The position numbers and the translations under genes are program-made. 64,000 nt of DNA from Pseudomonadota bacterium (GTDB lineage: Bacteria > Pseudomonadota > Gammaproteobacteria > Pseudomonadales > Azotimanducaceae): contig JBCDGJ010000002.1 in assembly GCA_038757945.1 (NCBI GenBank), forward strand, positions 24,186-88,185, read 5' to 3'. Of the stretch, positions 28,102 to 37,500 are shown in pieces (position 1 is the stretch's first letter; each line of letters opens with the position of its first letter). Below the pieces are notes generated by a model. It was given only the letters and a program-made list of their open reading frames with translations. It ran no database searches and was not told the DNA's origin.

Positions 28102-29247
28102 TCAGCTGTCGAACAGATCGCCCTGGCGGGATTCGGCCGTTCTCCGTGCACGATGGCGCGGCTCCGGCGGCTGGAACAGGTCCGTTCGCAGCCGCGGCAG
28201 CAGGTCCTCCTGCAGCCCGGCTTTGCGGGCCGCCGTGCGGAACCGTTGCCCGATCAGGGCTGCGACGGGGCCCGTCCCGCGCATCCGCTCACCCCAGCGC
28301 GATCGGTACAGCGCGCCGCCACGCGTGTCACGCACCGCGTTCAGCACCCGCTCGGCGCGGTCCGGGAAGTGCACGGTCAACCACTCGCTGAACAGCGGCG
28401 CAACTTCCAGCGGCAACCGTAGCAGTATGTAGTTGAGTGCACGGGCCCCAGAAGCCGCTGCTGCCTCGACCATGGCCTCGAGTTCGGCGTCGTTGATGAA
28501 CGGAATGATCGGCGCGAGCATTGCTCCCGTCGGCACTCCGGCCGCAGAGAGCTCCCGCAGAATCCTGAGCCGTTTCTGCGGCGCCGCCGTGCGCGGCTCG
28601 AGCCGCGCCTTCAGCGTCGTGTCGAGCGTGGTGAGGCTGACCATGACCTTGACCAGCCCCAGCTCAGCGAGCGCACTGAGCAGATCCAGATCCCGCAGCA
28701 CCAGCGCGCCCTTGGTGACGATGCTGACCGGATGGCGGTGCGCCAGGAGCACCTCGAGGAGCTGGCGCATGATCTGCTGCTCCCCTTCGAGCGGCTGATA
28801 GGGATCGGTATGGGTGCCGATCGCGATCGGCGCCACCGCATAGCCAGGCGTCGAAAGCGCTGTCTCGAGGCGTTCAGCAGCATTGGTTTTGGCGTAGAGC
28901 TCCCGTTCGAAGTCAACACCGGGGGAGAGGTCCAGGTAGGCGTGAGTCGGTCGCGCAAAGCAGTAGATGCAGCCGTGCTCACACCCCCGGTAGGGATTGA
29001 TGGACCGATCGAAAGGGATGTCCGGCGACCGGTTACGGGTAATGATGGTGCGCGCGGTTTCGACGGTCACACGCACCCGGTTGGCGGCCAGCGCCTCATG
29101 CTCGGCCGCTTCGTCGAGCTCGCTGACCAGCGGCAGGTAGCGCGGCGCTGGGGCGCTCTGAGCGCCGAGCCCCTTGATCGGCGCAGCCGGGCGCACCGGA
29201 CGGGAGTCCGGGGCAGGTGCTGGAGTTCGCTGGTCTTCGGTAGACAT
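28102..29247 (-). CDS. Radical SAM protein of the SplB / Rv2578c-like DNA-repair-photolyase family
   Basis: INPYRGCEHGCIYCFARPTHAYLDLSP carries the CxxxCxxC cluster (CEHGCIYC). 381 aa. Confidence 0.8.
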   Translation of the reverse strand: MSTEDQRTPAPAPDSRPVRPAAPIKGLGAQSAPAPRYLPLVSELDEAAEHEALAANRVRVTVETARTIITRNRSPDIPFDRSINPYRGCEHGCIYCFARPTHAYLDLSPGVDFERELYAKTNAAERLETALSTPGYAVAPIAIGTHTDPYQPLEGEQQIMRQLLEVLLAHRHPVSIVTKGALVLRDLDLLSALAELGLVKVMVSLTTLDTTLKARLEPRTAAPQKRLRILRELSAAGVPTGAMLAPIIPFINDAELEAMVEAAAASGARALNYILLRLPLEVAPLFSEWLTVHFPDRAERVLNAVRDTRGGALYRSRWGERMRGTGPVAALIGQRFRTAARKAGLQEDLLPRLRTDLFQPPEPRHRARRTAESRQGDLFDS

Positions 29248-29331
29248 TACTGTATATTTATACAGTATCCCGTCGATTGCCAGCTATTTAGACTAGCGCG
29301 CCATGCAACCCCGCCCGCCTGCTGACAGGCC

Positions 29332-30141
29332 ATGAAACCCCTCCCACCGTCCCGGCAGCGCGCCGGCGCAGCCCAGCGCCGTAGCAGAATTTGCGGCCAA
29401 TGGACCGTGCTGCTGACGCTCGGGCTGCTTGCCGGCTGCCAGCAGCTCGGTCGGCAGCAGGCCGACGGCACCATGACCGCCCTGCACGAGGATCTCTCCA
29501 CACTGACCGGTGCGGTGGTGTCCACGCAGGCCTCCGTCGCGGAAATGGATGAACGCGCCGCAGCGCGGGACGCAACGCTCAGCACTGAGCTGGAAACCCT
29601 GAAGCGACGGCTCGCCGGCCTGCCGCGGCAGCTCGAAAACCTGTGTCCACCCGCCAGCACCGAAAGCGACGCCGCGCAGTGTGAGGAACGCCCGACGATC
29701 ATCAACGATCAGGGCCGGCTGCTGCTCGGCGGGCTGGAGGAAGTCTGGCTCGATCCGCCAGGCGTCACCATGGTCGCCCGCATGGATACCGGCGCCGACT
29801 CGAGCTCGGTCAACGCCCAGAACCTGCAGGAATTCGAGCGTGATGGTGACGACTGGGTCCGCTTCGACTGGGTGATCCGCGACAACGTGTACACCGTCGA
29901 GCGGCCCATCGAACGCTACGTTCGGGTAATCCAGCAGGCCGACCCCGAGGGCACCCGGCGACCCGTCGTGGCGCTGCGGCTGAAGATCGGCACCACGGAC
30001 GACCGGTTTGAGTTTACGCTTGCCGATCGTTCGCATCTGGAATACCAGATGATTCTCGGCCGCAACTTTCTGACCAATGTGGCGGTTGTCGATGTCGGCC
30101 AGCAGTTTGTGCAGCCCCGGGCCGAGCCGACGAGCCCCTGA
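29332..30141 (+). CDS. DUF785 / retropepsin-like 'ATP-dependent zinc protease' family lipoprotein
   Basis: Lipobox LLAGC. The C-terminal domain LGGLEEVWLDPPGVTMVARMDTGADSSSVNAQNLQEFERDGDDWVRFDW...LRLKIGTTDDRFEFTLADRSHLEYQMILGRNFL matches the DUF785 family usually linked to RimK-like genes. Confidence 0.7.
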   Translation: MKPLPPSRQRAGAAQRRSRICGQWTVLLTLGLLAGCQQLGRQQADGTMTALHEDLSTLTGAVVSTQASVAEMDERAAARDATLSTELETLKRRLAGLPRQLENLCPPASTESDAAQCEERPTIINDQGRLLLGGLEEVWLDPPGVTMVARMDTGADSSSVNAQNLQEFERDGDDWVRFDWVIRDNVYTVERPIERYVRVIQQADPEGTRRPVVALRLKIGTTDDRFEFTLADRSHLEYQMILGRNFLTNVAVVDVGQQFVQPRAEPTSP

Positions 30142-30282
30142 TCCGACGCGTAACGGGAGCCGGTCGCGCAGCACGGGCTTCGAGATGCTGCCACCCCTTG
30201 CCCTCAACGCAGCAATAACCGACCGTTAGCTCGACCGCCGATTTCGAACGCCGCACCGCAGAGACGTCAGACGACAAACGCC

Positions 30283-31851
30283 ATGGAACGCACCGGCCCC
30301 TTTCTGTTTCTCGTGATCCTGCTGTTTCTGGCCGGGGCCAGCGCGGCGATCTATCGGCACGGCAGCTACGGCATGCCCTATCTGCCAGGCACCGAGCAGG
30401 GCGTCTGGGAAATCGAAGCCCGCATCCGCTACACGGCTACGCAGCCACAGACCAAAGTTCGGCTGACCCTGCCCACGCAGCAGAGCGGACTGCGGACAAT
30501 CCGCGAGAGCACGGCGTCCTCCGGCTTCGGGTTCTACACCGAATCCAGCAAGAACGCCGATCAGACGACGGCAAATTGGAGCAAGAGTGATGCCGCAGGC
30601 CAGCAGCTGCTCTTCTATCAGCTCAACCTGCTGGAAGATCCCGAGTACACCGTCCCGGTCAGGCCACCCGGGCCGCTGCAACAGCCAACCTGGGTGGAGC
30701 CCTACCGTACGGCGGCCAGCGAAGTGCTGGATACGCTGCGCCCGCAGTCGGCGGACGCCCGTAGCCTCGCCGAGCAGATCCGCACCGCGCTGCGCACGGT
30801 ACCGCTCGATCAGAATCTGGCCCTGCTGCTCAGCAACTACAACCGGCCGGACCGCGACGCCGCCGCGGAGCTTGCGGCACGCGCGGAGCTGATCGCCGAC
30901 CTGCTGAACGAGGCCGGGTATGCAGCGCAGGAGGTACAGGTACTGGTGCTGGAGGATGGCATCAGGCGGCAAACACTATCCCCGCACGTCCGGGTCTGGG
31001 ACGGCGAGCAATGGCTGCTGCTCGATCCGAGCGCCCGGGTTGTCAACGACCAAGCCGCATCGGTGCTGTGGCAGCCCCGCGATGCCGGCGTGCTCGAGGT
31101 GACCGGCGGCAGCAACAGCAATCTGACCTTCTCAGTGATCCGCCAGGTCCGCTCCGCGCTCGACGTTGCGGTCGAAGGACAGGAACGCGCGCAGTTTTCC
31201 CTGTACAGCCTGCCGATCGCCGAACAGGGTATGTTCAAGCTGATCATGCTGCTGCCCGTGGGCGCGCTGGTGGTCGTGTTCATGCGCCTCGTCGTCGGGC
31301 TCAAAACCTCCGGCACCTTCATGCCGATTCTGCTGGCGCTCGCCTTTCTGCAGACCGAGCTCGTGCCCGGCGTGATCAGCCTGCTGCTGGTGGTCATGCT
31401 GGGCCTGATGCTGCGCACCTATCTCTCAGCGTTGAACCTGCTGCTGGTCGCGCGTATCGCTACGCTGGTCATCCTGGTCATCGGCATCATCACCGTCGTC
31501 AGCATCATCAGCTACGAGATGGGCCTGATCAGCGGCCTGACGATTTCCTTCTTCCCCATGATCATCCTCGCCTGGACCATCGAACGCATGGCGATCCTCT
31601 GGGAGGAAGAGGGGCCGCGCGAGGTACTGGTGCAGGGCTCGGGCTCGCTGCTGGTCGCCATTCTCGCCTTCACGCTCATGGACACCCCATCCATCAAGCA
31701 CCTGGCGTTCAACTTTCCGGAGCTGCACCTGTGCGTGCTCGCGATCGTGCTGCTCCTTGGCCGCTACACGGGCTACCGGCTCAGCGAACTGATCCGCTTC
31801 GCGCCGTTCTACAACGTCCCGGAAATTGACGAGCTCGAGCAGCTGCGCTGA
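30283..31851 (+). CDS. Inactive-transglutaminase-like domain fused to a 7TM domain
   Basis: 522 aa. N-terminal signal/TM, a periplasmic transglutaminase-like region, then 7 predicted TM helices (LIMLLPVGALVVVFMRLVVGLKTSGTFMPILLALAFLQTEL...). This matches the 7TM_transglut architecture found in the DUF785/RimK-like triad. Confidence 0.7.
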   Translation: MERTGPFLFLVILLFLAGASAAIYRHGSYGMPYLPGTEQGVWEIEARIRYTATQPQTKVRLTLPTQQSGLRTIRESTASSGFGFYTESSKNADQTTANWSKSDAAGQQLLFYQLNLLEDPEYTVPVRPPGPLQQPTWVEPYRTAASEVLDTLRPQSADARSLAEQIRTALRTVPLDQNLALLLSNYNRPDRDAAAELAARAELIADLLNEAGYAAQEVQVLVLEDGIRRQTLSPHVRVWDGEQWLLLDPSARVVNDQAASVLWQPRDAGVLEVTGGSNSNLTFSVIRQVRSALDVAVEGQERAQFSLYSLPIAEQGMFKLIMLLPVGALVVVFMRLVVGLKTSGTFMPILLALAFLQTELVPGVISLLLVVMLGLMLRTYLSALNLLLVARIATLVILVIGIITVVSIISYEMGLISGLTISFFPMIILAWTIERMAILWEEEGPREVLVQGSGSLLVAILAFTLMDTPSIKHLAFNFPELHLCVLAIVLLLGRYTGYRLSELIRFAPFYNVPEIDELEQLR

Positions 31852-32891
31852 TGGTCAGCTGGATATCCCCCTGGGCCCTGAAGCGGCGCGGCATTCTCGG
31901 CATGAACCGCCGCAACTGCAGCTACATCCTGCGCTACAACGACCGCACGCGCTTTCCGCTCGTGGACAACAAGCTGAAGACCAAGCTGATTACCCGCCAG
32001 GCCGGGCTGAACGCACCGCAGCTGCTGCAGGTCATCCGCCATCAGACCGAGATCGAACGTATCGAAGAACTGCTCGGCGAGCAGCCGAGCTTCGTGATCA
32101 AACCGGCCCAGGGCAGCGGCGGCAAAGGCATTCTGGTAATCACCGGCCGTGCCGGCGCGGACTACCTGAAAAGCAGCGGCAACGTCATCACCCAGACCGA
32201 TCTGAAACGCCACCTGAGCAACACGCTCAGCGGTCTGCATTCCCTCGGCGGAAAGCCCGACTTCGCGATCATCGAAACGCTCGTGGTATCGACCCCAAGC
32301 CTCGCCGAACACAGCTACGAGGGGGTCCCGGATATCCGGCTGATCGTGTTCAAGGGGTATCCGGTCATGGGGATGCTGCGCCTCGCCACGGAGGATTCGG
32401 ACGGTAAAGCGAACCTGCATCAGGGGGCGATCGGGGTCGGGCTCGATATTGCCACCGGACGCGGCATCGCTGCCGTGCAGTACAACCGGCCGCTTCTGCG
32501 ACACCCGGATACCGGCACCGAAATCACCCACATCGAGATTCCGCACTGGCAGGAACTGCTGCGCCTGGCGGCGCGCTGCTACGAAGTCACCGGCCTCGGC
32601 TACCTCGGCTGCGACATCGTGCTCGACGAACACCGCGGCCCATTGCTGCTGGAGCTGAACGCCCGACCCGGGTTGAGCATTCAGCTCGCCAACAATGCCG
32701 GGCTGCTGCCCCGGTTGCGGCTGATAGAATCACAGCCGATGTTTGCGGCCACCGTTGACGAGCGCATTACCTTTGCCATGCGCCACTTCGGTGTTGCCGA
32801 TGGTCCGCAGCAGGCGTCGCTGTTTGCGGCACCGAAGGACAACACGGCAGACAGCGACCCAGCGGAGCCGGACGCCCGGGCTGCCGGCTGA
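31851..32891 (+). CDS. Alpha-L-glutamate-ligase-like ATP-grasp protein (RimK family)
   Basis: MVSWISPWALKRRGILGMNRRNCSYILRYNDRTRFPLVDNKLKTK... then the ATP-grasp core (FVIKPAQGSGGKGILVI...LLELNARPGLSIQLAN). It starts on the stop codon of the 7TM gene. Confidence 0.8.
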   Translation: MVSWISPWALKRRGILGMNRRNCSYILRYNDRTRFPLVDNKLKTKLITRQAGLNAPQLLQVIRHQTEIERIEELLGEQPSFVIKPAQGSGGKGILVITGRAGADYLKSSGNVITQTDLKRHLSNTLSGLHSLGGKPDFAIIETLVVSTPSLAEHSYEGVPDIRLIVFKGYPVMGMLRLATEDSDGKANLHQGAIGVGLDIATGRGIAAVQYNRPLLRHPDTGTEITHIEIPHWQELLRLAARCYEVTGLGYLGCDIVLDEHRGPLLLELNARPGLSIQLANNAGLLPRLRLIESQPMFAATVDERITFAMRHFGVADGPQQASLFAAPKDNTADSDPAEPDARAAG

Positions 32892-33003
32892 ACGCACGCT
32901 ACCCCTGGCGCGGCCGGTCGCGCTCGGGCAGCCGCCACCAATCCGAGGACCCCGTGCGCGATGGCACGGTTCCGGGCTTCATCACAGCGAGAGAGGATCC
33001 ACC

Positions 33004-33306
33004 ATGCTTGTTATCACCGCCCGCATCAGCGCCAGCGCCGACGCCATCAACGCCCTGACTCCGGCCATTGCCGCCATGGAGCAGGCCAGCCGCGCGGAAG
33101 AAGGCTGCTTCGACTACACCTTCTGCCGGGAAATCAACGACCCGAACACGATCCGCATCGTTGAACGCTGGGAATCGGAAGCGGCGCTCAAGGCCCACTT
33201 CGTAACGCCACACATGGCCGAGTTTCAGGCCGCGATGGCGCAGCACGAGCTGGGCGGCGTCGAGGTGAGTGCCTTCGAGGCCACCGAGGTCCCCTTCCCG
33301 GCATGA
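33004..33306 (+). CDS. Antibiotic-biosynthesis-monooxygenase (ABM) domain protein
   Basis: About 100 aa: [79 protein letters not shown] is an ABM/Dabb fold pattern. The start is set at the internal Met, which has a GAGAGGA Shine-Dalgarno. The upstream 87 track codons are Arg-rich junk. Confidence 0.7.
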   Translation: MLVITARISASADAINALTPAIAAMEQASRAEEGCFDYTFCREINDPNTIRIVERWESEAALKAHFVTPHMAEFQAAMAQHELGGVEVSAFEATEVPFPA

Positions 33307-34121
33307 TCGGATCAACCGCCGCGCCGGACACCTCGCGACCCTACTACGAACCGGTCAGCGACGAGGTCGAGGTCTTCAAGGCGGCCTTCGCCGCGCGCCT
33401 GCCGGTGCTGCTGAAAGGGCCCACGGGCTGCGGCAAGACCCGCTTCGTGGAAGCCATGACCTGGGAGCTGTTCACCGACCGGCCGGAGCAGCGCCTGACC
33501 ACAATCGCCTGTCACGAGGACCTGACCGCGACCGATCTCGTCGGTCGCTACCTGCTGCTTGGCAACGAAACCCGCTGGAACGACGGCCCGCTGACCCGTG
33601 CCGTCCGGGACGGCGGCATCTGCTACCTGGACGAAGTGGTCGAAGCGCGTAAGGACACGACGGTGCTGATTCATGCGCTGACGGACCATCGACGCATCCT
33701 GCCCATCGAAAAAACCGGCGAGCTGGTGCACGCGCACGAAGATTTCCTGCTGGTGATCTCCTACAACCCCGGCTATCAGAGCGTGCTGAAGGATCTGAAA
33801 CCGAGCACGCGGCAGCGCTTCGTCAGCCTCGAGTTCGATTATCCGGAGGCCGAGCTCGAAACCCGGATCATCGCCCACGAAAGCGGCGTTGATGTGACGA
33901 CCGCGGAGCGCCTTGCGGTCATCGGCGTGAAGGTCCGCAACCTGCGCGAGCACGGGTTCGAGGAAGGGGTGAGCACGCGCCTGCTCATCTACACCGCCAA
34001 CCTCATCCGCGGCGGCATAGCGCCTCGCCGCGCCGCGCAGAGCGCGATCGTCAGCGCCGTCGCCGATGACCCGACGGTCCAGAGCGCGGTTGCCGACATC
34101 GTCGACGCGGTGCTGCCCTGA
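33303..34121 (+). CDS. CbbQ/NirQ/NorQ-family MoxR-type AAA+ ATPase
   Basis: Walker A ([16 protein letters not shown]). 272 aa. High similarity pattern to CbbQ/NorQ (...[27 protein letters not shown]...[11 protein letters not shown]...). Confidence 0.85.
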   Translation: MIGSTAAPDTSRPYYEPVSDEVEVFKAAFAARLPVLLKGPTGCGKTRFVEAMTWELFTDRPEQRLTTIACHEDLTATDLVGRYLLLGNETRWNDGPLTRAVRDGGICYLDEVVEARKDTTVLIHALTDHRRILPIEKTGELVHAHEDFLLVISYNPGYQSVLKDLKPSTRQRFVSLEFDYPEAELETRIIAHESGVDVTTAERLAVIGVKVRNLREHGFEEGVSTRLLIYTANLIRGGIAPRRAAQSAIVSAVADDPTVQSAVADIVDAVLP

Positions 34122-34140
34122 GCACCGGCTGGAAATCGCC

Positions 34141-36168
34141 GTGAGCGCTGCCCTGCTGCCGCTCGAGAACCGTCTGGCCCTGTTCGTGGAAGGGATGCTC
34201 GGCGAATACCTGCACATTCGTCCGCGCAGCGCGTTTGCCGGTGAAGCCACGCTGGGCGCATTTTCCGCACAGGCACCGGACACGCTCTACCTGCCTGACG
34301 AGCTGCCCAACGGCAGCCCGGCGGCCTACCGCGTGCTGGCCATGCGACAGGTGGCGCAGCGCCTGTTCGGCACTTTCGAGCTGCGGCTTGCAGCGCTGCT
34401 GGAGCAGTATCCGACGCTCGGCGAGCTGACGCCCGAGACACTACCGGGCCGGGCCGGTGAGCTGCAGCGATTGCGGGCGCGCTATCGCTACGGTGGCCTG
34501 TTCCAGCTGCTGTTCGAGGCGTTCGAAGCCATCCGCCTCGATGCCGCCACCGTGCGCGCTTTCCCCGGGCTGCAGGCGCCGCTGCTCGGGCAGCTCAGGG
34601 ATTCGGCAGCCCTTAGCCTCGACCCCCTCCACCTCCTGCCGCAGCAGCTCGATCGGCTGCATGGGCGCTGGTGGACGGCGCACACCAGCCGCCTCAGCAC
34701 CACGGCGTGCGCTGACGCCGAAGCGGACGCGCTGGTCGGCATCCTGCACGATCCCGCAAGCACGGTGGCCACCAGCGTCCTGCTCGCCGACACCTGGTAC
34801 AAGCGGATGCCGATCAGCGAGACACCTGAGGCGGAACGGCTGACGACGCCGATCGAGGTGCCGGAGCCGGAGCTTGCGGAACAGATCGACGCCAGCGGCG
34901 ACTGGATGGAACGGGATGCACGTCTGAAGGACTGGCAGGAGGAGCTGGCCGCTCTGGAAGGCATGCTGCTGAATCCGGACCTCACGATCGAGGAGGACGC
35001 CGAGGTCGGCGAGCGCCCGGGGTTGGCCGGCGCACCGCGGCCTGAAGATCAGCATCTCGATCAGCGTGCTTCGCAGCCGGAGCTCGAACGGGAACGGGAT
35101 CAGCTCAGCCGCCGCATCGACATGGAGCGCGCGGCCCTGCGCCACGCCCTGGGCCGCGGCGCAGACGACAGCCGCAGCTTCCGCTATCCGGAGTGGGACT
35201 ACCTTGAACAGCGCTACCGGGACGGCTGGTGCACGCTGTACGAGCTGCCGCTGGATGGCGAGCAACGGACCGACAGCGCCACGCTGCGCAATCGCATACG
35301 CAGCTGGCGCGACGAGATCCGGCAGCGCCTCGCGCAGATCAGACCCATGGGCTACGAACGGCGCCCCGCGGTTGAAGACGGCGACGAGCTCGATCTGAAC
35401 GCGGTGCTGAATGCCCAGGTTGATAGCGCGGCAGGCCTGGCGCCGGACGAACGCGTATACAGCCGCCGCGATCGGGCGCGGCGCGATCTCTGTGCCGCGT
35501 TCCTGGTGGATCTATCGGCATCCACAGACGATCCGGTGGAAAAGCCAGAGCCGGAACCCTTCGACCCGGACGCGGATCTCGACGCCGGGCCGGAACCCAT
35601 CTGGACTGCCGGCGATCCTGCGCCAGCGCGCGAAGAGCCGCGCCGGATCATCGACGTCCAGCGCGAAGCCATGCTGGCCATGGCTGCTGCCCTCGAGCAA
35701 CTCGGCGACGAGTATGGGGTGTACGGCTTTTCCGGCTACGGTCGCGACTGCGTCGAGTACTATGTTGCCAAGGAGCTGGGGCAATCCTTCACGCCCCAGA
35801 CGCTGCACGATATCGCCGCCATGAAGCCGCGGCGCAGCACGCGCATGGGCCCAGCGATTCGCCATACGGTGGAGAAGCTGAAGCGCTCGGGCCAGCAGAT
35901 GAAGCTGCTCATCATGCTCAGCGACGGTTTTCCACAGGACTGTGACTACGGTCCGACGCGAGGTGATCACGAGTACGGGCTGGAGGATACGGCACGGGCC
36001 CTGGCAGAGGCCGAAGCGGTTGGCATCCGCACCTTTTGCCTGACCGTCGACCGGTCAGGCAACGATTACCTGAAGACCATGTGCCCGGACGAGCAATATA
36101 TGGTCATCGAAGAGGTAGAAGCGCTGCCGACCGCCCTGAGCAAGGTGTATCGCAACCTCACCCAGTAG
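34141..36168 (+). CDS. CbbO/NorD-like protein with a C-terminal von Willebrand factor A (VWA) domain
   Basis: About 675 aa. The C-terminal VWA is DLCAAFLVDLSASTDD...GVYGFSGYGRDCVEYYVAKELGQSF...LLIMLSDGFPQD...GIRTFCLTVD. The start is set at the in-frame GTG (V-SAALLPLENRLALFVEGMLGEY) just after the CbbQ stop. The track start 34066 overlaps cbbQ. Confidence 0.75.
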   Translation: MSAALLPLENRLALFVEGMLGEYLHIRPRSAFAGEATLGAFSAQAPDTLYLPDELPNGSPAAYRVLAMRQVAQRLFGTFELRLAALLEQYPTLGELTPETLPGRAGELQRLRARYRYGGLFQLLFEAFEAIRLDAATVRAFPGLQAPLLGQLRDSAALSLDPLHLLPQQLDRLHGRWWTAHTSRLSTTACADAEADALVGILHDPASTVATSVLLADTWYKRMPISETPEAERLTTPIEVPEPELAEQIDASGDWMERDARLKDWQEELAALEGMLLNPDLTIEEDAEVGERPGLAGAPRPEDQHLDQRASQPELERERDQLSRRIDMERAALRHALGRGADDSRSFRYPEWDYLEQRYRDGWCTLYELPLDGEQRTDSATLRNRIRSWRDEIRQRLAQIRPMGYERRPAVEDGDELDLNAVLNAQVDSAAGLAPDERVYSRRDRARRDLCAAFLVDLSASTDDPVEKPEPEPFDPDADLDAGPEPIWTAGDPAPAREEPRRIIDVQREAMLAMAAALEQLGDEYGVYGFSGYGRDCVEYYVAKELGQSFTPQTLHDIAAMKPRRSTRMGPAIRHTVEKLKRSGQQMKLLIMLSDGFPQDCDYGPTRGDHEYGLEDTARALAEAEAVGIRTFCLTVDRSGNDYLKTMCPDEQYMVIEEVEALPTALSKVYRNLTQ

Positions 36169-36192
36169 ACGGTGCGCCAGCGCTGGCCGTCG

Positions 36193-36879
36193 TCAATCGT
36201 CGCCCATGACGCCGAAGATCTGCAGCAGCGAAAGAAACAGGTTGTAGAACGATACGAACAGCGTCGTCGTTGCCCGGATGTAGTTACGCTCGCCGCCGTT
36301 CACGATTGCACCGGTCTGATAGAGAATCGCAGCGCTCGCGAAGAGCACGAAACCGGCAGAGATTGCGGTATGGAAACCGCTCAGGTTGAACAGCCAGCTG
36401 CAGACCACCGCACCCATCAGCACAAAGAACCCGACCGTCAGAAAGCCGGCCAGGAAGCTGAAGTCCTTGCGGGTGACGAGCGCGTAACCCGACAGGCCGA
36501 CAAAGGCGAGCGAGGCAGTCCCGAGCGCACTGCCGACGAGCGTTCCGCCGTTCGGCAGCGCTAGATACATATTCAAAATCGGTCCCAGCGTAAAGCCGAG
36601 AAAACCGGTGAAGAGAAAGGCGCTGAGCAGGCCCCAGGCACTGTCAGCGGTCTTCTCCACCAGGAACAGCAGGCCGAAGAAGCCCGCCAGCATTGGCAGG
36701 AAGCCGATCCGACCGATGTTCATGGACATGGTGACAAACGCAACCGCCGCGGCAAATGCGAGGGTCATGCCGAGCAGCAGATACGTGTTGCGCAGAACAC
36801 TGGCAACCTCTGCGGGCAGCGCGGTTTGCGTGCCAAGGGTACTGGTCTGACCAGACTTCAGAAGGGGCTCACGGGCCAT
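36193..36879 (-). CDS. Bax-inhibitor-1 / YccA-family membrane protein
   Basis: 228 aa with 7 TM helices. N-terminal ...LRNTYLLLGMTLAFAAAVAF... and overall BI-1 family organisation. Confidence 0.85.
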   Translation of the reverse strand: MAREPLLKSGQTSTLGTQTALPAEVASVLRNTYLLLGMTLAFAAAVAFVTMSMNIGRIGFLPMLAGFFGLLFLVEKTADSAWGLLSAFLFTGFLGFTLGPILNMYLALPNGGTLVGSALGTASLAFVGLSGYALVTRKDFSFLAGFLTVGFFVLMGAVVCSWLFNLSGFHTAISAGFVLFASAAILYQTGAIVNGGERNYIRATTTLFVSFYNLFLSLLQIFGVMGDD

Positions 36880-37003
36880 TCACTTTCTCCGTCGCGTGAC
36901 TGGTAACCAGTATATAGGGTTTGCTGCCGGCAACTGCAAGCAGTCGGACAGTCTGGGGCGCGCAGTCTGCGACACGGCGCACTGGTCAGGCAGTTCGGGC
37001 CGG

Positions 37004-37306
37004 TCAGCTGGCTGCCGAGGACGTCGACGCAGGGTCCGGTGCCGTCCGCAGCTCCTCGACGAGGCCACTCACCTCCGCCAGATCCAATGCCGGCAGGTCG
37101 AGCGCAATCAGGATGAACAGCAGCAGCTGCGCGCCCAGTGAGCCGTTGTTGACCTTGCTGCGAAGGTTGCTCTCATGCTGCACCACCCCCAGATCGGCCA
37201 GCCGCCGCGCCAGCTCCCGGTACTCAACGCCCTTCAGGACCATCCGCGAACGGATGATCCGGCGAATCGCCTCGCGCATTTCCGGTGAATCAAAAAACTT
37301 CGCCAT
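37004..37306 (-). CDS. Hypothetical small protein
   Basis: 100 aa. N-terminal basic helical segment (MAKFFDSPEMREAIRRIIRSRMVLKGVEYRELARRLADLGV) and a C-terminal hydrophobic segment. No family recognised. Confidence 0.35.
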   Translation of the reverse strand: MAKFFDSPEMREAIRRIIRSRMVLKGVEYRELARRLADLGVVQHESNLRSKVNNGSLGAQLLLFILIALDLPALDLAEVSGLVEELRTAPDPASTSSAAS

Positions 37307-37500
37307 AGCCGCCGCTCTGCCTACCCGGTAGGGGACCCGCAGTGTACGAGCCGCCGGCGTGAGCCAGGACCACCCGACTGTAAAATCTGTGTCTATTCCG
37401 GGGTCCGCGGATCAACGGGCTGCGTCAGCCCCACGGGACCGGGCGGCGTTCGACGCTGCTTTCACCGCCGTTTCCCCGGCGCCTGGGTTACCGTGGCTGA

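Noticed and set aside
29293-30207. 304-aa minus-strand ORF
   Set aside because: It is antisense to the DUF785 protease gene.
31809-32633. 274-aa minus-strand ORF and 31011..31829 plus-strand ORF
   Set aside because: They are antisense or out-of-frame shadows of the RimK-like and 7TM genes.
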